Positions 44,138-52,309 of a stretch of 64,000 nt of DNA are shown here, in pieces; the stretch's first letter is position 1, and the number at the start of each line of letters is the position of its first letter. The notes under the pieces were generated by a model, which was not told where the DNA came from, made no database searches, and worked only from the letters and a program-made list of their open reading frames with translations. The stretch lies in sequence record PV754031.1; one strand, 5' to 3'. Made by a program: the position numbers and the translations under genes.

Positions 44138-45250
44138 ATGAAACAGTATCGTGAACCCGTAACCCGTCTGACCAAAGAAAAACTGGAATGGGTTATCAGC
44201 CGTCGTAAAGAAAGAAAGGCCGAACAACCTTTCGGTCGTGCCCATTTCCCTGCCGGTACTCGTGCTATCTTCGAATCCTGCTCCCTTCGTTACCTGGATG
44301 AGAATGAACGTGTGTATCCTGGACAGCGCTACGAGACATTCGAAGCTACTGTTCTCGGCGTTGTGGCCAATGGTCATAACAGTTATGTCGCTATTCTGGA
44401 CATGCCCTGTGATCTTACTGAAAGCCGTAACAAGGCAATCAACGTCAGTTGGTGCCGTGGTATTGTATCGCGCGGTGAAGGTAATTTCACCTGGTTCAAA
44501 GAAGAGTCAACCGAGTATGATCGCAATCATGGTTGGAACATCCGTGAGAAACATCCGACTGTTCGTTGGGCAGAAGGTCCTCGTCCTACTAAAGTACGTA
44601 GCCTTACCTGGGCAGAGGAATTCGATTATAACCGCGCAGTAGATCCGGTATACATCGAAATCAACAAACATCACAGTCAGTACTATATCACTGACATGCG
44701 TTCGTTTGTGATGTTCACTCTTCGGGAACATCCTGCTTATGCAAACTCGTTTAAAGATCATCTGCACAAACTGGACAAGCTAGTCATGGCGCTGTACTCC
44801 GATCCGACTATCAAAGCAGCTGAAGTAAAGCTGTCTCGCTACTCTGTTAGCTGGTTGATCAGCAAGAAGAAGTTCCATAAAGTCCTGCAACGCCTGCTTC
44901 CGTTCTACAAGACTTCTCGTCGTAAGGCGCAAGAAGAAGACGATAAAGCAATTAGCGAGATGTATGAGGCTGAACTGGACCGTGACCTCAGTGAACAGTA
45001 TGGTGAGTCTGATGATACCTCGGATGAATCAAGCTATTCATGGAATGACAGCACGCCCCTGGATGATGATGATCTGAATGTGTTTGATATGTACGACGAC
45101 TCGGCATGCTCGCGTGAAATCAGTGATGATGTTCAACCCAAAACTATTGGTGAACTCCTGCGTGAAGCAATGGGGAACCCTGAAGAAGAGAAATCCAAAT
45201 TAGTTATTGGAAGTATGGAAACTCTTTCTAAAGCGGTTATCATCAAATAG
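44138..45250 (+). CDS. Probable phiKZ gp014-like early ribosome-binding protein
   Basis: 370 aa with basic N-terminus and acidic C-terminal tail; assigned by gene count between DHFR (gp004) and terminase (gp025), from memory. Confidence 0.5.
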   Translation: MKQYREPVTRLTKEKLEWVISRRKERKAEQPFGRAHFPAGTRAIFESCSLRYLDENERVYPGQRYETFEATVLGVVANGHNSYVAILDMPCDLTESRNKAINVSWCRGIVSRGEGNFTWFKEESTEYDRNHGWNIREKHPTVRWAEGPRPTKVRSLTWAEEFDYNRAVDPVYIEINKHHSQYYITDMRSFVMFTLREHPAYANSFKDHLHKLDKLVMALYSDPTIKAAEVKLSRYSVSWLISKKKFHKVLQRLLPFYKTSRRKAQEEDDKAISEMYEAELDRDLSEQYGESDDTSDESSYSWNDSTPLDDDDLNVFDMYDDSACSREISDDVQPKTIGELLREAMGNPEEEKSKLVIGSMETLSKAVIIK

Positions 45251-45265
45251 ATTACACGCAATAAT

Positions 45266-45293
45266 GGGAGTCTTCGGACTCCCTTTTATTTTC
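45266..45293 (+). terminator. Intrinsic terminator
   Basis: GGGAGTC-TTCG-GACTCCC-TTTTATTTT. Confidence 0.85.
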
Positions 45294-45354
45294 TACATCG
45301 TAATATTTTTTTATTTAGCAATATATTCATAAACTGTAAAAAGGAAGATATCTC

Positions 45355-46356
45355 ATGATCATCAATGCAACCATCACTCGCGCAATGTTGAGTGCTCAAA
45401 CTACAGAATCATCGCTTCTGTTTATTCTGACACACCTACATGGCAGTCCAGATGCTACTTCGTCGGATATGAACGACACCAAGCGCATTCTCGCCTCTAA
45501 CGATCCTCTAAGTACCCTGTGGCAATGTGGTTGCCATTTGGTCGTATCGGAAGACGAACGCTGGTTCATTTCTCCATTCGGTGATACTGTACGCCTGGCA
45601 TACCAGCACAAAGTACGTGGTAGCTGGATTACTTTCGGCATAGACCTGTTCGATCCGGAAGAATCCGAATCGGTACTATTGGCTATCCGTAGGCGGCTCC
45701 GCACCGGTTTCCCAGCAGATGAACTTGAAGTTAACTGTGGTATCAAAGGTTACCTCGAAGAAAGTTACGAGGTCAACGGGACCGGTTTGTGGAGCGTAGG
45801 TCGGATCATTCTGGCTCTGCATCCCACCAGCCCTTTCCGTTTTGCTGCTCTGGAACGTTTGTACGAGATTGCTAAGTTCCATAAGAACTACGCTGACATC
45901 GTGGATAATGTCGGGATCAATCATGATCGTAATTACCTGAATAACATCGTTGATGGAAAATGGGTGGTCGAAGAGAAAGATGCTCAAGCTGTATTGAACA
46001 GCTACTTCACTTCGATGCTGAAGTTATTCTTCGACCGTGGTTTCTACTATCAGGATACTATCGATGGCGGCAGGATCGATGTTCGTAGCAATGAAGGATC
46101 GTACTACCTCATTGGTGGTAATGCCACTGTAAATACCATCAATATCACTTACCTCAGTGCTAACAAAATAGAGATTCGTGATGGTGAATGGGAGTTCGCT
46201 TGGGACTGCAACAACACTGAATACTTCTTCGCTGAACATCCAGTAGATGCACTGCTTGCATATCACAAGCGTGTTGATCAGGAACATTCTTACAAAGCCA
46301 CTGGTCTTGGTCATAGCCTGGAAGACATCCACAAGGTTCAACATATTCTAAAATGA
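45355..46356 (+). CDS. Hypothetical protein
   Basis: 333 aa, GTAAAAAGGAA leader. Confidence 0.75.
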   Translation: MIINATITRAMLSAQTTESSLLFILTHLHGSPDATSSDMNDTKRILASNDPLSTLWQCGCHLVVSEDERWFISPFGDTVRLAYQHKVRGSWITFGIDLFDPEESESVLLAIRRRLRTGFPADELEVNCGIKGYLEESYEVNGTGLWSVGRIILALHPTSPFRFAALERLYEIAKFHKNYADIVDNVGINHDRNYLNNIVDGKWVVEEKDAQAVLNSYFTSMLKLFFDRGFYYQDTIDGGRIDVRSNEGSYYLIGGNATVNTINITYLSANKIEIRDGEWEFAWDCNNTEYFFAEHPVDALLAYHKRVDQEHSYKATGLGHSLEDIHKVQHILK

Positions 46357-46368
46357 GGAAGATTAATT

Positions 46369-46848
46369 ATGTCGTATAACCTAGGCATTGTCACTCGCAA
46401 TAAGTCGGCACTGATTGTCACCAATGATTACAAATATGATGAGTTCGTTCTACTAAAACCGACCAGTGGTCTCAAGGTAGAAGGTCAGTTGGTGCAATTG
46501 GTCTGTATCTGTTTCGGTGACAAGGAAAAGCGTTCTCTGACTCACAAGATCATGACCAATGCTGAACAAGCAGATTACACCAAGGAAGACATCCTGGCTA
46601 TGATGAAGGAACACGGTGTAGAACTTCGAGTGATCACTGATAAGGCAGTTCATGTATTTCAGTACATTCGTGATGTGGCTATCCATGGTGTGGTTGATTC
46701 CAATAACACCACCTTCTGGTTCGGCGACACGGAACACCGAAAATTGTTTTATCCGTATTGCGGTATTGAAGGTAAATCTTTTCATCATGCCCATCGTGAT
46801 AAAGAATTGTGTCGGGTATTTGAGTTTGTCGCTGTAATCAATTGGTAA
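46369..46848 (+). CDS. Hypothetical protein
   Basis: 159 aa, GAGGA RBS. Confidence 0.75.
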   Translation: MSYNLGIVTRNKSALIVTNDYKYDEFVLLKPTSGLKVEGQLVQLVCICFGDKEKRSLTHKIMTNAEQADYTKEDILAMMKEHGVELRVITDKAVHVFQYIRDVAIHGVVDSNNTTFWFGDTEHRKLFYPYCGIEGKSFHHAHRDKELCRVFEFVAVINW

Positions 46849-46853
46849 CGATA

Positions 46854-46885
46854 TAAATACCCTCCTTCGGGAGGGTATTTATTTT
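46854..46885 (+). terminator. Intrinsic terminator (CCCTCC family)
   Basis: TAAATACCCTCC-TTCG-GGAGGGTATTTA-TTTT. Confidence 0.85.
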
Positions 46886-46904
46886 GTGATTAGAGGAATA
46901 AAAA

Positions 46905-47048
46905 ATGGTAGGTTATCGTATTATTGCTTTTAATGGTACTCAGTGGGAATCTCCGAGTGGGTACACCATTCAGCAAGCGGTGAATGAGTTCCTAAAGAAA
47001 TATGATTTACATGAATTAGATATTCGCAGTATTACCGCATTACACTAA
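46905..47048 (+). CDS. 47 aa hypothetical (not in ORF track)
   Basis: GAGGA RBS; MVGYRIIAFNGTQWESPSGYTIQQAVNEFLKKYDLHELDIRSITALH. Confidence 0.65.
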   Translation: MVGYRIIAFNGTQWESPSGYTIQQAVNEFLKKYDLHELDIRSITALH

Positions 47049-47076
47049 ATCCAATTTTAAATAGGAATACGTATTA

Positions 47077-47469
47077 ATGAATTATAATGCAGAGAAATAT
47101 GCCGCACTGCTAGTTTCAATTGCAGCAAACATTGACACTGTAAATAAACTCACCAAAGAAATTTTATCGTCTTCTGATAATAGGGATTTTCTCTATAATG
47201 TGCATCAAATGACTGACATGTCCCTCGCCAGTCTTCATACGCATCTAACTAAAGAAGTCGAAAAGTTGGTAGAAACAATGGATCTAGTTAAAGATGGTCT
47301 ATATGTCCAGGATGTTGAACTCATTAAGGGTAAGGGAAACTGGCGACATATCGCGGATAATGAACCTACCATCAACGCTATTAAAGCACTGCGTAAACAC
47401 ATTGGCGAAATCAGTGCATTAGAAGCTAGAACTGTTGTTAAAGGTTACAAGGCAGGTGTCTTAAAATAA
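47077..47469 (+). CDS. Hypothetical protein with C-terminal ribosomal L7/L12-CTD-like motif
   Basis: INAIKALRKHIGEISALEARTVV resembles the KI.AIK.VR..TGLGLKEAK.LV consensus. Confidence 0.55.
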   Translation: MNYNAEKYAALLVSIAANIDTVNKLTKEILSSSDNRDFLYNVHQMTDMSLASLHTHLTKEVEKLVETMDLVKDGLYVQDVELIKGKGNWRHIADNEPTINAIKALRKHIGEISALEARTVVKGYKAGVLK

Positions 47470-47531
47470 CATCGAATAGTATTAAGTCTATCTTCTAGGA
47501 GGTATACTTAATAAATCATGAGGAAAATATA

Positions 47532-47861
47532 ATGTCCAATATGAAAAAATCTAGTTTGAAAGAATTCTTCGAACATATCACTCAGGCTGATCCATTTAAT
47601 CCTTATTCCTTCATCTACTCCAGACCTATACAATACATTGGTGAAGATAGCGAGTACGCACTACATGTTACGTATGTGCATGGTGCAGCTTACATTGAAG
47701 GTCTTGTTGGCCATGAAGGAATCAGAATCAATGTATTCTACAATAAACTCCAAGGTATTCAACTTTGGACATACTTTGATAACGAACCTCGTGTTGATTC
47801 ATGGCCGTATTATCAAGTTGATGCAGCTTTAGAAGAAATCATCCGCCTAACTAAACTATAA
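47532..47861 (+). CDS. Hypothetical protein
   Basis: 109 aa, GAGGA RBS. Confidence 0.7.
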   Translation: MSNMKKSSLKEFFEHITQADPFNPYSFIYSRPIQYIGEDSEYALHVTYVHGAAYIEGLVGHEGIRINVFYNKLQGIQLWTYFDNEPRVDSWPYYQVDAALEEIIRLTKL

Positions 47862-47890
47862 ACTCTATTTATAAAAAATAGGTGAAGAAA

Positions 47891-48100
47891 ATGATCTATC
47901 TGGGATGGTTTACCATTATCTTTGTTACAATGAGTCTATGTCTGTTTTATGTATTTTGTCACCGTAGTATTCGTGAATCACACCCAGGTGTAATAGAAAA
48001 ACAGACTACTCGAAAAATTGTTATTTGGGCTGGTATTCTATTGGCACTCGCTTACTTAAATGAAATCAGCCGAGTCTATATAGAGCAGATGGTAACCTAA
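47891..48100 (+). CDS. Two-TM membrane protein, paralog of 50579..50788
   Basis: MIYLGWFTIIFV ... LAYLNEISRV shared. Confidence 0.75.
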   Translation: MIYLGWFTIIFVTMSLCLFYVFCHRSIRESHPGVIEKQTTRKIVIWAGILLALAYLNEISRVYIEQMVT

Positions 48101-48157
48101 ATATTCAATAACTCCGAAATAATCAAAACTATTTAATATATCAAAAGGAATATTTCA

Positions 48158-48445
48158 ATGTTCGAAACCCAAGTCGCTCTTACTGATGAACTCAAACAGA
48201 CTTTTGATCAGATGACTCAAGAATTCATCCGTGAAAAAGGTTACATCACTTGTGAATTCTCGATTCAACAAAAATACCTCGTGGCAGCGCACGACTACGT
48301 TTATGTGAAAAACCGCGAGCTGCCTTCGTATGGAATGTGGCGTATCTTCAAATGCGAGGCATGTATCAGCCATAATGTGGATCATCCTTATCATGTCGAA
48401 ATCTTGACACTGGCGGCCATCGATACGAAGGAACACAATATCTAA
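48158..48445 (+). CDS. Hypothetical protein
   Basis: 95 aa, AAAAGGAA RBS. Confidence 0.7.
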   Translation: MFETQVALTDELKQTFDQMTQEFIREKGYITCEFSIQQKYLVAAHDYVYVKNRELPSYGMWRIFKCEACISHNVDHPYHVEILTLAAIDTKEHNI

Positions 48446-48495
48446 CAACTGGAAGATAATCATAATGTCCAACATACTAAATGTGAGCCCACCGT

Positions 48496-48801
48496 GTGGG
48501 AACAAGAGAAGTGATTAACATTAATCATGATCTACCTATCTGGATATTACTACTGTTAAGTACAGCTACATCATTCATCTATGCCTTTGTAAAAACCTTT
48601 CAACAAAGAAACATCTTTCATGGGTACAAAAAAGCTGCTTTCTTCACCTCATGGGGTATCAGTACCCTTGAGTTGACCACCATTGGACTATTTGTAATAG
48701 TGGGTCTTCCTGCTATCATATCCAGCGGTCTAGGTGGTTCGATAGGCGTCGTGTTGGCAATGACGTTCCATGATAAGATTTTTCGTAAAACAACAGAATA
48801 G
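48496..48801 (+). CDS. Small multi-TM membrane protein
   Basis: Three to four hydrophobic segments, GLGGSIGVVLAM. Confidence 0.7.
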   Translation: MGTREVININHDLPIWILLLLSTATSFIYAFVKTFQQRNIFHGYKKAAFFTSWGISTLELTTIGLFVIVGLPAIISSGLGGSIGVVLAMTFHDKIFRKTTE

Positions 48802-48812
48802 GAAAAAACATA

Positions 48813-49151
48813 ATGTCTAGGAAACTTGGAAAGAAACATCCTCGCAATCATCACGAAGATGCAAAGAAATACGAAACTCGGCTACGTACCGAGAAAGCTG
48901 AGTTGGCTAACTGCCGGCTTGGTCAACTGTACTCGGTTCGAATCCTGAATGATAACTGCTTCTTGCGTAATCGATTCATGTGTCAGGAACAAGATATGTT
49001 CGATCCTCTTCGCTTGACCCGTGCTAAACGAGAACGTTATTTCAAAGGGGAGCGTTACTGGCTAAATGCCGCCGGCGCTAAGTTCATCCGTTCCGATTAT
49101 GAAAAGAACTGGGCCAAAAACAAACGTAAGGAGATGGCCAATGAGCAGTAG
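48813..49151 (+). CDS. Basic hypothetical protein
   Basis: 112 aa, R/K-rich. Confidence 0.7.
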   Translation: MSRKLGKKHPRNHHEDAKKYETRLRTEKAELANCRLGQLYSVRILNDNCFLRNRFMCQEQDMFDPLRLTRAKRERYFKGERYWLNAAGAKFIRSDYEKNWAKNKRKEMANEQ

Positions 49152-49281
49152 TTATAATCCACCGGTGGACACCGTTGATGTCCTCCATATCGACTGCGAG
49201 TATGAAAAGTTCTCGTTTGGCAAGTTGTTCCAACGAATGATCGATCATTTCGGTGTTCGAAACTCAAGGCGTTCTTACTGA
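49141..49281 (+). CDS. 46 aa hypothetical
   Basis: AAGGAG RBS; 3' part of track ORF 49066..49281. Confidence 0.55.
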   Translation: MSSSYNPPVDTVDVLHIDCEYEKFSFGKLFQRMIDHFGVRNSRRSY

Positions 49282-49538
49282 TGAACTCTAACAAGCTACG
49301 AGGGATACTGACTGACCTCGGTATACTCCCACCTCGCTTTGTTGAGAGCACCGATATCCGTGTCGGCAACTTCCGATTTCAGCGCTGGAAAACCCAGGTC
49401 CTCAAACCTGCTGCTCCTGGTTATCGGAAGTGGATTGACGTGGGTAGGTTAGAATGGGTGGAGGTTAAATACCACCTCAACAAATTACTTAAAGAGAATA
49501 ATCTCAATATCCAAGAAGAAAGTAATCGGTCTGGATAA
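49281..49538 (+). CDS. Hypothetical protein, possibly frameshifted (open +1 frame to 49623)
   Basis: 85 aa; TGATG overlap with previous stop. Confidence 0.6.
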   Translation: MNSNKLRGILTDLGILPPRFVESTDIRVGNFRFQRWKTQVLKPAAPGYRKWIDVGRLEWVEVKYHLNKLLKENNLNIQEESNRSG

Positions 49539-49684
49539 CCTCCGGAAGCTCCTGTCAGATCAACTCAACCCGCCACGTCAGTTAACAGACGCTGTACGCG
49601 AGAAAAATCTTCACAGCAAGTAACGATATAAGGCCCCTCCCTTCGGGTAGGGATTGTCTATTCATTTCTTAACAGGAAATTCTA

Positions 49685-50020
49685 ATGGAAGACTTCAAAG
49701 AAATCGAGATTTACAGTATGACGTTCATCGACCATTCGGAAAATGCTTCTCGTGTAGTGATTGCACAGATCACTACTTTGGATGATCGTACTGTTTACGG
49801 GGTAATGGAGGTCAATGGTTTCGGCGGTCAGGCCACTACTAATCTGCGTCGATTCGAACAGAACCGTCAACACGCTCGTTACTTCTTCACCAAGTCGGTA
49901 GCCACTGCTCACGCCGAGGCTTACGTCAAGTACCTGAATGACGACATGGTCGAACAAGACTACCTCGATATGAATACCGGCTACAACTACACCGAATTTA
50001 TGAACATGGTAAATATCTGA
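49685..50020 (+). CDS. Hypothetical protein
   Basis: 111 aa, AGGA RBS. Confidence 0.7.
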   Translation: MEDFKEIEIYSMTFIDHSENASRVVIAQITTLDDRTVYGVMEVNGFGGQATTNLRRFEQNRQHARYFFTKSVATAHAEAYVKYLNDDMVEQDYLDMNTGYNYTEFMNMVNI

Positions 50021-50027
50021 GGTCATC

Positions 50028-50582
50028 ATGGACAAAAAATTGAAGGAATTCCAAGCAGTGACCCCTGGTGTTGATCGTTTCGTTTACTGTGAGAAGACTG
50101 ACACCTGGCTTCCGAAGGCTACTCATCCTCTGGATTGTCACCGTAATAAAAACACGATAACAGCATTCGATAAAGCCAACGAAGAAATTCAAGAACGTTG
50201 GTTCTACTGGTGCATTGCATGGGAGAAAGCTTCTGTTCGCCCTACAATGGAAACCGAACTCTGGAAGAACCCGTTCATCTCTGTTGAAGAACGACTGGAG
50301 ATTGCAGAAGGCGCCATCGCGTTCCGTAACGAGGTCATCAGAAATCTCCAGGGGCGTTTAGTTTCGCCAACGATTGCCGAGTTCAAACTTAACGACGAAA
50401 TGGTGGAAGCTATCTTGGATAGCAGTTACACTGTAAAAGATTTCGATCGGAACTCGGAAACGGGCGAAGTAGAGCTTCAGTATCAGATTTCCAATAACTT
50501 CCACAATCGCGAGTTGGCACGTGATACTGTTCACCGTATCATCAATGCCCTCAAACAACTTACCCCGGTGCAACAGCAATGA
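50028..50582 (+). CDS. Hypothetical protein
   Basis: 184 aa, GAGGT RBS. Confidence 0.75.
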   Translation: MDKKLKEFQAVTPGVDRFVYCEKTDTWLPKATHPLDCHRNKNTITAFDKANEEIQERWFYWCIAWEKASVRPTMETELWKNPFISVEERLEIAEGAIAFRNEVIRNLQGRLVSPTIAEFKLNDEMVEAILDSSYTVKDFDRNSETGEVELQYQISNNFHNRELARDTVHRIINALKQLTPVQQQ

Positions 50583-50788
50583 TCTACCTTGGTTGGTTCA
50601 CCATCATCTTCGTGGCGATGGGTCTTGGTTTATTCGGTGTTTTCTGTCATCGAATAGTTAATTCCACTAATCCTGGATTGGAAGAGAAGCGTACTACACT
50701 GAATATCGCTATCTGGACAGGTATTCTTCTAGTGCTCGCTTATCTCAATGAAATCAGTCGAGTCTTTATTGTAGGAGTAGTTACATGA
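50579..50788 (+). CDS. Two-TM membrane protein, paralog of 47891..48100
   Basis: See paralog; ATGA overlaps at both ends. Confidence 0.75.
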   Translation: MIYLGWFTIIFVAMGLGLFGVFCHRIVNSTNPGLEEKRTTLNIAIWTGILLVLAYLNEISRVFIVGVVT

Positions 50789-51027
50789 CATTACAAGAGC
50801 TGCGTGAACTTCTTTATAAAGAAGCTGGTATGGAATCAATCCATGCTAAAATTAAGCAACGGGCGCTCGCTGGTGATTCAGAGGTAAACTTCGATTACAG
50901 CAACGAGAACACGCCAGTTGAAGGGAAGATGAATAATCGTCAAGCGGAAATCCTCCGTAAAGACGGTTACATTGTTGAATACAATAGTGCCTGTCTCTGG
51001 TACGAAGTAAAAGGATGGGATGAATAA
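50785..51027 (+). CDS. Hypothetical protein
   Basis: 80 aa, AGGAG RBS. Confidence 0.7.
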   Translation: MTLQELRELLYKEAGMESIHAKIKQRALAGDSEVNFDYSNENTPVEGKMNNRQAEILRKDGYIVEYNSACLWYEVKGWDE

Positions 51028-51293
51028 TGGGACTCCGTTACATGGGTTATTCCGTTAAAGCAACTGTGACTGACCGTGAAGGCGAGTCGCATATCTTTGA
51101 CGGCTTTGCCAAGCCTGGCGAGGGTAATTCGGTTTATCCCGGAGCTAATGGTGAAGGTGATAAGCGTCTTGCAGCTCGCCGCGCACTGGAAGCCTTCATG
51201 GATAGTCCAGTCTTCGAGGAACTAACATCGGATATGTACGATACGTTCGATGTTCGTTTCAATTCTCTTGTGCACACTGGAATGCCGGAGTAA
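51027..51293 (+). CDS. Hypothetical protein
   Basis: 88 aa ORF. Confidence 0.7.
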   Translation: MGLRYMGYSVKATVTDREGESHIFDGFAKPGEGNSVYPGANGEGDKRLAARRALEAFMDSPVFEELTSDMYDTFDVRFNSLVHTGMPE

Positions 51294-51298
51294 TAAAA

Positions 51299-51736
51299 AT
51301 GTCGATGTATACCAAAGACAACGCTGAACTTTACACCCACAAAGAAGATGGTGGTATTTACTACTACCATGGCTTGGCTCATGGTACCGGTGATCAACGT
51401 GGAGAACTGCTGCACATCTACAGTGATTACTTCACTGACATGATGTACTACCGTAACCACACCTGGTCTACTCGGATGGAACGCGTTTCTGCTCCAGGGC
51501 TTCGTCTGAGTCGTTCCTTGCATCCACGTCTATGGATCACCACTCTGATCGGTTTGATGATCATTATCATTACTCAGGTTGTTTTCGGCACCGAGTTCAA
51601 TGCAATCACTCTCCAAGAGATTGTCGGTACAGCCGTCGCTGGTGTACTGGCACTGGGTCTTCCGAGTTTCATCCTGCACCAACTGTACAAGTGGAAGTAC
51701 AAGAAACCTGTTAAACAGAAGTCCGAAGCGGCATAA
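51299..51736 (+). CDS. DUF1653-like N-terminal domain fused to two TM helices
   Basis: YTHKEDGGIYYY...IYSD...YYR then two hydrophobic segments. Confidence 0.55.
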   Translation: MSMYTKDNAELYTHKEDGGIYYYHGLAHGTGDQRGELLHIYSDYFTDMMYYRNHTWSTRMERVSAPGLRLSRSLHPRLWITTLIGLMIIIITQVVFGTEFNAITLQEIVGTAVAGVLALGLPSFILHQLYKWKYKKPVKQKSEAA

Positions 51737-51738
51737 AA

Positions 51739-51955
51739 GGAAATCCCCATTGGCCGCTAAACCAATGGGGTTCCAAACAGTGCATTCGCGACTACACTGT
51801 CAGCAGGTGTCGTCCAAGAGAACTGCGGATTAGCTACTTACCCCTCGTGGGCATTTTCACTAGCAGTATTATAACAACACCGTACGTTCTGAAAAGATTA
51901 GCCCTCCTGTGCAACCAGGAGGGCTATATGTCGTCAAGTTTAAGCTTGACTTTTT
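51739..51955. other. GC-rich non-coding interval with several hairpins (candidate ncRNA)
   Basis: CCCCATTGG/CCAATGGGG, AGCCCTCCTG/CAGGAGGGCT, GTCAAG/CTTGAC-TTTTT. Confidence 0.45.
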
Positions 51956-51989
51956 GCCCAAATGGGCCCACTTGCAGAGGAGACTCCTA

Positions 51990-52256
51990 ATGAAAGTCTT
52001 TGAAACAAGTTTCAGACCAGATCCCCACCACGGGTACTTGACTGGTCTAGAGGTAACAGCATTCAATGGTAAGCCGATCGTCTATGGGCGAAATGAGCAA
52101 ATCAAAGTTGCTGTATACGATGGTAAGATGTTCCTTGGTTACATTGGCAATGGTCAGCTTGTAAACAAGCTTTCCGATGCTAAATGGATTGACGGATCGT
52201 CTAACTATCATATTAATTCTAACTCCAGTAATCTTTTGTTCGCTAGAGTTGCTTAA
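51990..52256 (+). CDS. Hypothetical protein
   Basis: Start MKVFET at 51990 with GAGGAG RBS. Confidence 0.65.
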   Translation: MKVFETSFRPDPHHGYLTGLEVTAFNGKPIVYGRNEQIKVAVYDGKMFLGYIGNGQLVNKLSDAKWIDGSSNYHINSNSSNLLFARVA

Positions 52257-52263
52257 CTTCAAA

Positions 52264-52288
52264 TACCCTCTTCATTGCGAAGAGGGTA
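52264..52288. terminator. Bidirectional terminator at convergent ends
   Basis: TACCCTCTTC-ATTGC-GAAGAGGGTA. Confidence 0.85.
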
Positions 52289-52309
52289 ACGTATTATTAT
52301 TTTTTTTGT

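Noticed and set aside
40135-51833. Long - strand and alternate-frame ORFs (e.g. 40135..40617, 42785..43249, 43564..44037, 43904..44377, 44238..44642)
   Set aside because: They lie on top of well-supported + strand genes with RBSs; they are expected shadows of GC-rich codon bias.
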